From: Caulobacteraceae bacterium
Lineage (GTDB): Bacteria; Pseudomonadota; Alphaproteobacteria; Caulobacterales; Caulobacteraceae
Length of the DNA: 64,000 nucleotides
Direction: 5' to 3'
Assembly (NCBI GenBank): GCA_043742825.1
Contig: JAYTXQ010000227.1
Span: 963-64,962 of the forward strand
In this document: positions 55,321 to 63,904 of the stretch, piece after piece
Layout of the letters: every line of letters starts with the position of its first letter
How positions within the stretch are numbered: the stretch's first letter is position 1
Notes under the pieces: generated by a model
What the model was told of the DNA's origin: nothing
Seen by the model: the letters and a program-made list of their open reading frames with translations, nothing else
The model's database searches: none
Translations under genes and position numbers: made by a program

Positions 55321-55944
55321 TCAGCCGCGGCGCAGGAAATCAAGCTTGTTGGTCAGGGTGGCGTAGCCACGCTCCTGCAGCCGTTTGAGTGTTTGTTCAA
55401 ACACCAAGAGCTCCGCCTTCTGCAATTCGACCCAGCGTTTGTCGGCGCTGCCTGAGAACGTGTCCATGCGCAACACGTCCTCGTAATAACGCTTCAGAGC
55501 CGTCACCGGTCGGGCGTAGTCTATAATAGTGAGAAATTTTACCGCATTGATCTCGGTGATGCGGTAGTTAACACCGTAGTATCTGCGATTTGCGTTCAGA
55601 AACACCGACCCCTTCTGACTGAGGTCGAACTAAGCGTTGCAGCGTTGGAACGCAGGCCCGTCGAGCCGCTCGGGCATAATGATCTGGATGCTGGTCGTGT
55701 CCAGACTAAATGTCGTTTCGACTCCGCCGCCGCCCTCCTGTGGCCGGGGGTTGTCGTTAAGAGTGACAACGCCGCTAATGAGCTGTTGTCCAACGACGTC
55801 GAGGAAATTGTAGTAGTAACCGGTAGCCAAACCGGGGGCCATCAACAGGGGATCGTCGTCAGTCTTCTTCGGCGAGAAGACGGGTGAGAGAACACGCTCT
55901 GCCAGCTTGATACCGGCGTCGATTGCGACGTCTGTCCAGACCAT
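55321..55944 (-). pseudogene. stand-alone prokaryotic STING-like cyclic-dinucleotide-binding domain protein, one in-frame TAG (55630-55632)
   Basis: ORFs 55630..55944 and 55321..55605 share one frame (...FQRCNA*FDLSQKGSVFLNANRRYY...). Motifs appear in STING order: GLATGYYYNF, IQIIMP, RRYYGVNY, IIDYARPVTAL, LVFEQTLKRL. Compared with human STING recalled from memory. GGAG lies 8 nt before ATG 55944. Confidence 0.6.
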
Positions 55945-56038
55945 GGGAGAATCTCCAAGCTTGTCTCGCGGCTAACCGCAAGGTCGCGCATTTGCTTGGG
56001 TCTGGCAGCTCATAACCGTTGGCGCAATAGGTCGATAA

Positions 56039-56248
56039 TTACGACGTCAGCTTACCTAACACCACCAACGCTTCCCGCCCCAGCGCCTCGATTTCGCAGT
56101 CGATCTCGGCCAGGGCCAGTTCGAGTTCACCTCGCAGCGCTCGTGTTTCCCCCGTCGCGTCTGATCCTCGGGCCGGGTAAGCCAAGAATTCAATATGGCG
56201 CACTAAATCCTCGCGGGCCGCGAGGATGGGTTCGCGGGGCGTGACCAC
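56039..56248 (-). CDS. questionable small ORF (69 aa, GTG start, coiled-coil-like)
   Basis: It lies between the epmB stop and the STING-like gene. Moderately GC-rich third positions, but it contains the 9-bp-stem palindrome 56207-56227 and has no recognisable family. Confidence 0.2.
   Translation of the reverse strand: MVTPREPILAAREDLVRHIEFLAYPARGSDATGETRALRGELELALAEIDCEIEALGREALVVLGKLTS
56207..56227 (-). terminator. possible hairpin terminator after epmB
   Basis: ATCCTCGCG-GGC-CGCGAGGAT has a perfect 9-bp stem and 3-nt loop, about 80 nt after the epmB stop. The downstream T-tract is weak. Confidence 0.3.
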
Positions 56249-56308
56249 CCTTTCGGGGATTGTCGCCGTGAACGAGCCAGCGGACGAAACTATGCAGCAA
56301 ACTCGACA

Positions 56309-57361
56309 TTACACCTCCGGTGGGTAGATGTGCGTGATACCCCAGGGGTCTTCAACCCGTGCTGTGCCGTCCAGGGCGTCCTGGCAATAGGTCGGCCCGA
56401 CCGGGACCTTGCCGTGCCCGCCGGGGATGTCGAGGACGAAGGTGGGTTGGCAGAGGCCCGACAGGCTACCGCGCATCTCGCGCATCAGGGCCTGACCGTC
56501 ACAGAGGTTGGCGCGCAGATGGGCGGTGCCAGGGGCCAGATCACTTTGGTGCAGGTAATAGGGCTTGATCCGGGTCTCGACGAACGCGCGCATCAGCTCG
56601 CTAAGGGTCTGGGCATTGTCATTGACCCCGCGCAGAAGCACGGTCTGGCTGAGCATCGGGATACCGGCATCGATCATTCGGGCACAGGCGGCGCGCACAA
56701 CGGCCGTCAGCTCACGGGGGTGGTTTGCGTGTAGGGCAACATAGACCGCCTTGTTCGCCCGCTTCAGCGCCGCGACCAAGGCACCGCTGATCCGCGCCGG
56801 ATCTACCGCCGGTACCCGGGTATGCAGGCGTACGACCTTAACGTGGTCGATTTGAGCCAGGCGGTCCATGATCAGGCCTAACCGCCTGGGCGACAGGATC
56901 AGGGGATCACCGCCGGTGAGGATCACCTCCCAGATGGCCGGGCGCTGCGAGATATAGGCGAAGGCGGCGTCCAGGTCTTCGGGACTCAGCGCCTGGGCAT
57001 GGCCGGGGCCAACCGTTTCCCGGCGAAAGCAGAAACGGCAATAGGTTACGCAGGTATGGGTTGGCATCAGCAGCACGCGGTCGGGATAGCGATGCACAAC
57101 TCCAGCGACCGGGCTGTGAACCGCGTCGCCGACCGGATCGGTCATATCCCCTGGCTGGCCGTGCAGTTCGGCCTCGTTCGGTAGGAACTGAAGCGCAATG
57201 GGATCGGCCGGGTCGTCGTGGTCGATGAGTTCGGCGCTGTGCGCGGTTATGGCCACAGCATAGCGCGCCGCTACCAGTTGCAGAGCCGTAAGGCGCTCGG
57301 GGGCAATAAAACCCAGCTCCGCGAGAGCTGCAGGCGTGGTGAGGGTACTTGAGCGGGTCAT
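56309..57361 (-). CDS. epmB: EF-P beta-lysylation radical-SAM lysine 2,3-aminomutase
   Basis: 350 aa. CxxxCxxC (CVTYCRFCFRRE), KamA-family blocks, and position next to epmA and efp. Confidence 0.85.
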   Translation of the reverse strand: MTRSSTLTTPAALAELGFIAPERLTALQLVAARYAVAITAHSAELIDHDDPADPIALQFLPNEAELHGQPGDMTDPVGDAVHSPVAGVVHRYPDRVLLMPTHTCVTYCRFCFRRETVGPGHAQALSPEDLDAAFAYISQRPAIWEVILTGGDPLILSPRRLGLIMDRLAQIDHVKVVRLHTRVPAVDPARISGALVAALKRANKAVYVALHANHPRELTAVVRAACARMIDAGIPMLSQTVLLRGVNDNAQTLSELMRAFVETRIKPYYLHQSDLAPGTAHLRANLCDGQALMREMRGSLSGLCQPTFVLDIPGGHGKVPVGPTYCQDALDGTARVEDPWGITHIYPPEV

Positions 57362-57370
57362 ATCAAGTCC

Positions 57371-58450
57371 TTAGCCGACAACAGGCGTCCAACGAACCTG
57401 ATCGATGTGGGTTGCCCCTGTGGCCAGCATGACCAGACGATCAAAACCCAAGGCGGCACCACTGGCGGGTGGCATCACTGCCAGTGCGGCGAGGAAATCC
57501 TCGTCGATGGGATAGCTGGAGCCGTAAACACGCTGCATCTCAGCCATTTCGGCCGTGAAGCGTCGGCGTTGCTCAGCCGGGTCGGTGAGTTCGGCAAAAG
57601 CATTGGCCAGTTCGACGCCGCAGGCATAGAGCTCAAAGCGTTCGGCGACCTTGGGCGAGCCGGGCTTGGCGCGGGCGAGGGCGGCCTCGGCGACGGGATA
57701 CTCACAAAGTATGGTCGCCCGACCCAGACCCAGATTCGGCTCAATCCGTTCCACCATGACCCGGCTGAAGACATCGGCCCAGGTATCATCGGGAGCGATC
57801 CTCACACCGGCGCCGTGCGCGGTAGCGGCCAGAGTCTCACGGTCGGGTTCTCCACCATTATCCAGGCTGGCCAGCAGATCGATGTCGGAGAAACGCTCAA
57901 AGGCCTCCGCCACCGTCAGGCGTTCTGGGCTGAGAAACGGGTCCATTGTTCGACCGCGAAATTCGAAGTGCCGGCATCGCGCCGTTTGGGCGCTCAGGCT
58001 GAGTAACCTAGCGCAGTCGTCCATCAACGCCTGGTAGGGTTCCCCTGCGCGGTACCATTCCAACAACGTAAATTCCGGACTGTGCAGGGGCCCGCGCTCG
58101 CGATTGCGCCAGACAGTGGCGAAATCGAAAATCCGCTCTTCCCCTGCCGCCAACAGTTTCTTGCAGGCGAATTCCGGCGAAGTATGCAGATACAACTGCT
58201 GTGCTTCGCCGCCCAGCGTGATCAGTTCGGTGGCAAAGGCATGCAGATGCGCTTCGTTGCCCGGTGAGACCTGTAAGGCCGCCGTCTGCGTCTCCACAAA
58301 GCCTTGAGCTTCGAACCAGTCCCTCACCGCGCGCGTCACCTGGTTGCGCATCAGAAGCCGCGGACGACGCAATGCGTGGCGCTCTGGCAACCACCAAGGC
58401 GGCTCTGCCTCTGGCCTTTCGGGTGCCGGGTGGTGTAGGTGCGCGTTCAA
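57371..58450 (-). CDS. epmA: EF-P lysine aminoacylase (truncated LysRS paralogue, GenX/PoxA)
   Basis: 359 aa. [28 protein letters not shown]..., LYLHTSPEF, and class II aaRS motifs (FTLLEWY, ELANAF). Confidence 0.85.
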   Translation of the reverse strand: MNAHLHHPAPERPEAEPPWWLPERHALRRPRLLMRNQVTRAVRDWFEAQGFVETQTAALQVSPGNEAHLHAFATELITLGGEAQQLYLHTSPEFACKKLLAAGEERIFDFATVWRNRERGPLHSPEFTLLEWYRAGEPYQALMDDCARLLSLSAQTARCRHFEFRGRTMDPFLSPERLTVAEAFERFSDIDLLASLDNGGEPDRETLAATAHGAGVRIAPDDTWADVFSRVMVERIEPNLGLGRATILCEYPVAEAALARAKPGSPKVAERFELYACGVELANAFAELTDPAEQRRRFTAEMAEMQRVYGSSYPIDEDFLAALAVMPPASGAALGFDRLVMLATGATHIDQVRWTPVVG

Positions 58451-58507
58451 ATTTCAATTCCGTACCGGGGCGCGAAGCTGCGCTCCGGGCGTAGTTTAGA
58501 GGGTATC

Positions 58508-59077
58508 ATGGTCAAGGTCGCGGCAAGTTCACTGCGCAGAGGTTCCGTCGTCGATCTGGAGGGGAAGCTATATGTGGTGCTCAGCCTGGAAAATATTCAC
58601 CCCGGCAAGGGCACGCCTGTCACTCAATTGGACATGCGCCGGATCTCCGATGGTGTGAAGGTCTCCGAACGCTGGCGCACGACCGAGCAAGTGGAACGCG
58701 CCTTTGTCGATGATCGCGACTATAATTTTCTCTATTCAGACGGGGATGGCTATCACTTCATGAATCCGGCCAACTTTGACCAGGTCTCGGTGCCAGCCGA
58801 CCTAGTGGGTGACGCTGCTGCCTATCTGCAAGACGGGATGACAGTGACACTGTCGCTGCACAACGAAATTCCCATTGCCCTGGAATTGCCAACGCGGGCA
58901 ACTTTGGAGGTGGTCGAAACCGAACCTTCAGTAAAGGGCCAGACCGCATCGGGATCCGCCAAGCCAGCGATTCTGTCCAATGGTGTGCGCACGATGGTGC
59001 CAGCCTATCTGACCGTTGGCACCCGCGTCGTCGTTCTGACCGCTGACGGCTCTTATATCGAGCGCGCTAAAGACTAG
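58508..59077 (+). CDS. efp: elongation factor P
   Basis: ATG 58508 within ORF 58439..59077. 189 aa with the modification loop ...[10 protein letters not shown]... (Lys in PGKG), OB domains, and C-terminal ...[16 protein letters not shown]. Confidence 0.9.
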   Translation: MVKVAASSLRRGSVVDLEGKLYVVLSLENIHPGKGTPVTQLDMRRISDGVKVSERWRTTEQVERAFVDDRDYNFLYSDGDGYHFMNPANFDQVSVPADLVGDAAAYLQDGMTVTLSLHNEIPIALELPTRATLEVVETEPSVKGQTASGSAKPAILSNGVRTMVPAYLTVGTRVVVLTADGSYIERAKD

Positions 59078-59267
59078 ACCGCAGCGGCCTGAGGGTCCCG
59101 AGTAGCAAAAGGTCAACCGAGCAGTTCACTATTGTTGGGCAGCCGTAGCGATATGACTGCGGCAGCCCGAAGCCCCGCAACTGATCGCTGCTGGATAGCG
59201 GTCGCACCGGCAACACACGGGTCAACTGGCAAGGATCATCGCACGCGTCCGAGGCAAATAGTCTCGA

Positions 59268-59621
59268 TCAGCGAAACCAACGCCCGCACGCGGATGGGGT
59301 AACGCGCAGCTCATAGCGGCCATCATAGGGGTCCCAAACCCGACGACGTACAACACATGTGCCGCCGCCATAACCTCTGCCCCAGTATCGGCCGCGCCAT
59401 TCGCGATGTTCACGGTCGCCCTCGCCATGATAGCGCACGCCCCAGCCGTCTCCGCGCCAGTGGTCGCCGCCCCGCCAATCAGAGCCTCGGCCATCGCCGT
59501 AGTAGCCACCACGATCACCACGGTAATGATCGCCGTCAGCCAAGGTCGGCGTTGCAATCGCCAAAGCCGCGCCGGCCAGACTGAGGATGGCCAATCCGCG
59601 CAAAACCAAACGTTTCATCAT
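59268..59621 (-). CDS. small secreted Arg/Gly/Asp/Trp/Tyr-rich protein
   Basis: ORF 59268..59645; ATG 59621 (GAGG upstream). Signal peptide MMKRLVLRGLAILSLAGAALAIA. Mature part DGDHYRGDRGGYYGDGRGSDWRGGDHWRGDGWG...GGGTCVVRRRVWDPYDGRYELRVTPSACGRWFR has 2 Cys. Confidence 0.55.
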   Translation of the reverse strand: MMKRLVLRGLAILSLAGAALAIATPTLADGDHYRGDRGGYYGDGRGSDWRGGDHWRGDGWGVRYHGEGDREHREWRGRYWGRGYGGGTCVVRRRVWDPYDGRYELRVTPSACGRWFR

Positions 59622-59792
59622 AAGCCTCACAACTCTGCCTGCCATGTCAGGACTCCGAAGTGGAGACCGCGTCAGGGATGAGACGGGTTTACGGCCACCC
59701 TGCTGAACCGGTGCTGAACGCCGGCATCAGCTTTGGATGCAGCTTTCCAGGCCACGCAGGCCTGTAGTTGCCAATCGAAACCCTGAACGGCG

Positions 59793-59870
59793 CTAAAGCG
59801 GGACGCGGATAAGTGGACACCGGTTATCCGCGCAAATCCCGCTCTAAATGTTTAGAATCATCGTGATCTA
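59793..59870. repeat. alphaproteobacterial-type palindromic intergenic element
   Basis: CTAAAGCGGGACGCGGATAAGTGGACACCGGTTATCCGCGCAAATCCCGCTCTAAATGTTTAGAATCATCGTGATCTAG. It has nested stems GCGGATAA/TTATCCGC and GCGGGA/TCCCGC. TAGAATCAT is shared with 31563-31613. Confidence 0.6.
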
Positions 59871-60398
59871 GTTCAGCGTGATCGTTTTGGGGCCGCCTCG
59901 AGTTTCCACGCGGCGGGTCAGGGCGATCGCTTCGCCTTGGCCATTTACTGGCTTGGCAACTGTGATGACAAACCAGGACCCGCGCGGCAGGCCGGAAAAG
60001 CTGAACTGATTTTCGCTGTTGCAGGTGGTTTTGCGCACAAAGCGGGCGAAATCGCCGGTGGGTGCCGATGGCGTGCGAGCGCGGACGATAGACACCGGGG
60101 CAGAGCCCGCCGACGCGGTGCCATAAAGAATCACCATGCGCCGCCGACTCCAGGGCGTTTCCGGCGTCAGGCGAACGTCACTGCCCTCGCAGCTATAGCG
60201 CACCTCGCCAGTGTGATAGGTCATAACCCCGGATATCGATGCGCCGCCCTGCTCAGTTGACCAAGTGAAATCTTCGGCTCGAAACTCATCCTCCTGGCCG
60301 CCAGCCTGGACGCTAACAGGGGCGACCAGTCCCATGGGCGTTTGGGCGCAGGCGGCCAAGGTCAAAACAAGCACAATGACGGGAACAGCAAACTTCAT
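59868..60398 (-). CDS. lipoprotein of unknown function
   Basis: ORF 59868..60434; ATG 60398 gives MKFAVPVIVLVLTLAAC (lipobox LAAC). No family recognised. Confidence 0.6.
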   Translation of the reverse strand: MKFAVPVIVLVLTLAACAQTPMGLVAPVSVQAGGQEDEFRAEDFTWSTEQGGASISGVMTYHTGEVRYSCEGSDVRLTPETPWSRRRMVILYGTASAGSAPVSIVRARTPSAPTGDFARFVRKTTCNSENQFSFSGLPRGSWFVITVAKPVNGQGEAIALTRRVETRGGPKTITLN

Positions 60399-60559
60399 GA
60401 CGATTAGCTTACGGCGGAAGCGCGCGCGCGGCAATCAGGCACGAACCCATCGCCTGACAATCATCCGAAAATATCACAGAGAATATGGCTTGGCGCGCGA
60501 CGCATGAGCAGCGATAACCTGAAACTTAGAACCCTAGTCACACCCCTGGAGAGGAAACC

Positions 60560-61645
60560 ATGAAAGCTGCCGTATTACGTGAGGTCAGAACGCCACTTCG
60601 GATCGAGAACGTTCAGATCAACAAGCCTGGGCCGCACGAAGTGCTGATCCGCACCGCCGCTGCTGGCGTTTGCCATTCGGACCTGCACTTCATCGAAGGC
60701 CTTTATCCCTACGCCCTGCCCGCGGTCCTGGGCCACGAGAGTGCGGGCGTTGTGGAACAGATAGGCTCAGAAGTACGGACGGTAAAGGTCGGTGACCATG
60801 TCATCACCTGTCTCTCGGCCTTTTGCGGTCATTGTAACCACTGCCTGACCGGACACATGAGCCTGTGTATCAGCCCAGATACGCGGCGCGGTGACCAGGA
60901 TGAACCTCGTTTGTCGCAAAGTGACGGCCCAATGGGCCAGTTCCTGAATCTGTCGTCCTTCGCCGAACAGATGTTGATCCACGAGCATGCCTGCACCGCG
61001 ATCCGTAAAGACATGCCGTTAGATCGCGCTGCCCTGATCGGATGCGGCGTCCTTACCGGCATGGGCGCGGTGTTTCATACCTCCAATGTTCGACCAGGCG
61101 ACACGGTCGCTGTGATCGGTTGTGGCGGCGTCGGCCTTGCCGCGATCAATGGCGCAGCCATTGCCGGAGCCGGCCGGATTATCGCCATCGATCTATCGCC
61201 GTCCAAGGACAATATGGCTCGGCATTTCGGCGCCACTGACTTCATCTGCGCCGCCGACAAAGATGTGGTGAAAGAAGTGCTGGAGATGACCAAAGGCGGG
61301 GTTCAGCACAGCTTTGAGGCCATCGGCCTGAAGAAGACCGCTGAGCAGTCTTTCGGCATGATCGGCCGGGGCGGCACCGCCAATATCATCGGCATGGTGC
61401 CTCTGGGTCAGACCCTGGAAATTCCTGGTTGGGCCTTCCTTGGGGAAAAGAAGATTCAGGGCTCACTTATGGGCTCGAACCACTTCCCGGTCGATATGCC
61501 GCGCATGGTCGATATGTACCTGGCCGGTAAGCTAAAGCTTGATGAGATGATCTCACGCCGCATAAAGCTGGAAGAGATCAACGAAGCCTTCGTCGAGATG
61601 AAAACCGGCGAAATCGCCCGTTCGGTCATCGTGTTCGACAGCTAG
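60560..61645 (+). CDS. zinc-dependent alcohol dehydrogenase (class III-like)
   Basis: 361 aa with GVCHSDLH, GHESAGVV, the structural Zn cluster CGHCNHCLTGHMSLC, and GCGGVGL. Confidence 0.85.
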   Translation: MKAAVLREVRTPLRIENVQINKPGPHEVLIRTAAAGVCHSDLHFIEGLYPYALPAVLGHESAGVVEQIGSEVRTVKVGDHVITCLSAFCGHCNHCLTGHMSLCISPDTRRGDQDEPRLSQSDGPMGQFLNLSSFAEQMLIHEHACTAIRKDMPLDRAALIGCGVLTGMGAVFHTSNVRPGDTVAVIGCGGVGLAAINGAAIAGAGRIIAIDLSPSKDNMARHFGATDFICAADKDVVKEVLEMTKGGVQHSFEAIGLKKTAEQSFGMIGRGGTANIIGMVPLGQTLEIPGWAFLGEKKIQGSLMGSNHFPVDMPRMVDMYLAGKLKLDEMISRRIKLEEINEAFVEMKTGEIARSVIVFDS

Positions 61646-61704
61646 GGCCGCCCGAACCGGAGTGGACACCGAACCGGCGGTGGCCATTTCCGGTTCAGGC
61701 TAGG

Positions 61705-62283
61705 TCAGGCCGCCTCAATAGCGCGGGCGGCACCGTCCAGGACCTCAGCGATGGCACCAATCTGGGCTTGGGATACATCGCCACGTTCCATTCGCAGGCG
61801 CAGGGCTACATGCAGGTTGCTTATGGCGCGGACGATCTGGGGTGCGCGGCCCCCTTGGCTGCGCTGGGCCAAGCCTGCGATGCGCTGAAACAGCCCCTCG
61901 ACCAAGGGGCGGTTTTGTTCGAGTGCTGTCAGCCCTTCGTCGGTAATCGCATAGGCTTTCTTCGCCCCCTCGCTGGCGGCAGCGGCGATATAGCCCGCCT
62001 CTTCGAGAAAGGTCAGAGTGGGATAGACGACGCCCGGACTGGGGCTATAGGCCCCGCCCAGGCGGTCTTCGATTTCCTTGATCAGCTCATAGCCGTGGCT
62101 GGGCTTTTCCGAAATCAGCTTGAGAATGACAAAGCGCAGGTCGCCCTGATCAAACACGCGGCCCCGCCGACTTCTGCCTTGCCCACGGCCCTCGCCGCGC
62201 CCCTCAAAGCCTTCGCCGCCCAAACCTCTTTGCGGCCTCTCGCCGTGACCTTCGCCCCGGCGCATATGATGACGTCCAAACAT
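61705..62283 (-). CDS. PadR family transcriptional regulator with Gly/Arg-rich N-terminal extension
   Basis: 192 aa. LRFVILKLISEKPSHGYELIKEIEDRLGGAYSPSPGVVYPTLTFLEEAGYI is the PadR winged-helix signature. Confidence 0.85.
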   Translation of the reverse strand: MFGRHHMRRGEGHGERPQRGLGGEGFEGRGEGRGQGRSRRGRVFDQGDLRFVILKLISEKPSHGYELIKEIEDRLGGAYSPSPGVVYPTLTFLEEAGYIAAAASEGAKKAYAITDEGLTALEQNRPLVEGLFQRIAGLAQRSQGGRAPQIVRAISNLHVALRLRMERGDVSQAQIGAIAEVLDGAARAIEAA

Positions 62284-62307
62284 TTTAGTTCCTTATTAAC
62301 TCGTCCA

Positions 62308-62334
62308 AGATATATCGGACAATTCGTTATATCT
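62308..62334. promoter_or_regulatory. candidate operator palindrome upstream of padR
   Basis: AGATATA-N13-TATATCT inverted repeat, 25-50 nt upstream of the padR start in an A/T-rich stretch. Function is inferred only. Confidence 0.2.
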
Positions 62335-62509
62335 AACTTGTGTCGGAGATTGCAAGGAGTTTTTTTGAGACATGATCATGCGTTACTGCGACGACGCCGT
62401 TAACGCAGTGCGGGCGACCGCTAAATAGCCAAATTGTACGGCGAACAGTCGCGGTCGGGACTAACCACCTGAAAGGGCCTTGAGCTGACGGGGCAGAAAG
62501 CCGTATCCG

Positions 62510-63727
62510 TCAGACGCGTTCCTGCATCTGCATCCCAGGCTCTTGCGCAAATATCGCTTTTAGTTGCGTGTCGTCTGCCGCAAGTAGCCGATCAACCCAT
62601 TGGTGAAACCGCTGGGCACCGCCTTCGTTCTCGCCGAAGAGCACCCATTCACGGCCGCCGTTCTCCAGAGCTTTTTGCTGGCGAATGCCGGTGGCGTAGT
62701 CCTCATCACGGACGACGGTTTCGAGAAATTTGAACTGCTCGGCAACCGCAACGGCCTCTTCCGCCGTCGGCAGCCTCTGGGTCAGGTAGATCTGGGTCGT
62801 GAACGACTCGCTGACATTACGCCCTGGCATCAATTGCGAAATCAACACCCCGCGACAACCGCCGTCAAAGCTGGCGATGGAGACGTGGGGAAAAATCGTC
62901 CACACACCGCTCATCTTGGCTTCATCAGTCCACTGATCTTCTCTCTGGTCGCCCAACGCGGCGATGTCTGCCGTAGGGGCTTTGAAAAACTGATGTGGCC
63001 CCCAGGCATAATAGAGGGCCTGATTGTACATATCTTCGCCAAAGGTATTTTTATGCAGCACTGGCAGGTGATAGAAATCCAGATAGCCGTCGTAGGCGAT
63101 TTTCCAGTTTGGGCCGGCCAGGGTGCGCTTGTCGAAAAAATGCCAATCCTGAAAGCCGAAATTGGCTAGGAGTTTGTCATAACCCGAAAGGAAGTCATCA
63201 AAGCTGAGCTGCGACTTCGCGTTGACGATACCCCAGATCAGGCCTGAGCGCTCATCGCAAGGCAGGGGTGTCAGGCCGTAACAGGACTTGTCGATTGGGC
63301 CAAAATCTTCCGGTGAAGCGACACCCATCAGCTCGCCCTTCTGGGTGAAGGTCCAGCCGTGATAGGGGCAGACAAAGCGCTTGGCATTGCCTGTGGGCTC
63401 AATGGTGACATTGGTGCCACGATGGCTGCAGGAGTTTAAAAACGCCCGCACTACGCCGTCCTGACCCCGGACGAGTAGCACCGGCACACCCACCGCCTCG
63501 AGCGTCTTAAAGTCACCGGGTTTCGGCATTTCGGCGGTCGCCGCCAGAACCAGAGGCACCCGCTTGAAGATCTGATCGACCTCACGCTGGAAATTGTCGG
63601 CGTCATAGTAGCGACTGGCCGCCAGCTTGAGCACACCCGCCGCCCTGGAGATGGTTCCCGCGCGGGCATGACCGATCGCATCATGCATGATCGCGGTGAG
63701 CTCGGATTGGTCCAACATCTTGTTCAT
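62510..63727 (-). CDS. Rieske (2Fe-2S) aromatic ring-hydroxylating oxygenase, alpha-type subunit
   Basis: ORF 62510..63853. I chose ATG 63727 (MNKMLDQSEL...) because the upstream part translates the repeat element. Rieske motif CSHRGTNV...CPYHGWTF. Confidence 0.85.
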   Translation of the reverse strand: MNKMLDQSELTAIMHDAIGHARAGTISRAAGVLKLAASRYYDADNFQREVDQIFKRVPLVLAATAEMPKPGDFKTLEAVGVPVLLVRGQDGVVRAFLNSCSHRGTNVTIEPTGNAKRFVCPYHGWTFTQKGELMGVASPEDFGPIDKSCYGLTPLPCDERSGLIWGIVNAKSQLSFDDFLSGYDKLLANFGFQDWHFFDKRTLAGPNWKIAYDGYLDFYHLPVLHKNTFGEDMYNQALYYAWGPHQFFKAPTADIAALGDQREDQWTDEAKMSGVWTIFPHVSIASFDGGCRGVLISQLMPGRNVSESFTTQIYLTQRLPTAEEAVAVAEQFKFLETVVRDEDYATGIRQQKALENGGREWVLFGENEGGAQRFHQWVDRLLAADDTQLKAIFAQEPGMQMQERV

Positions 63728-63763
63728 AGCGGCAAGGATCCTGATGTTCGAAGAGATTTCTAT

Positions 63764-63894
63764 CCGCAGATGATGCAGATTAAAGCAGATGGCGGTCGGG
63801 TTGGCGGGCAAAGCCAATTCGGGTGCGAGTGCGGCTTTGATCGCCGGTGGCACCGGAACGCACCACCATCTGCACTAATCTGCGTCATCTGCGG
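63764..63894. repeat. GCAGAT-triplet TIR element, copy 3
   Basis: Left arm 63764-63792 is CCGCAGATGATGCAGATTAAAGCAGATGG. Right arm 63866-63894 is CCATCTGCACTAATCTGCGTCATCTGCGG. It starts 37 nt upstream of the Rieske gene's ATG. Confidence 0.85.
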
Positions 63895-63904
63895 ACAGTT
63901 TTCC

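Noticed and set aside
61654-61696. GAACCGG...CCGGTTC stems plus AGTGGACACCG (also seen at 59812-59822) between the convergent ADH and padR genes; possible bidirectional terminator or repeat.
   Set aside because: The stem is short (7 bp) with a 12-nt loop and no U-tract. The 11-nt match alone is too short to call a repeat family.
63728-63853. N-terminal extensions offered by the longest ORFs: 63728-63853, 40188-40556, 29804-29989, 49898-50425, 60-302, 9059-9211 and 43469-43510.
   Set aside because: The extensions overlap upstream genes or translate repeat elements. Internal starts with Shine-Dalgarno-like sequences give N-termini typical of the families.
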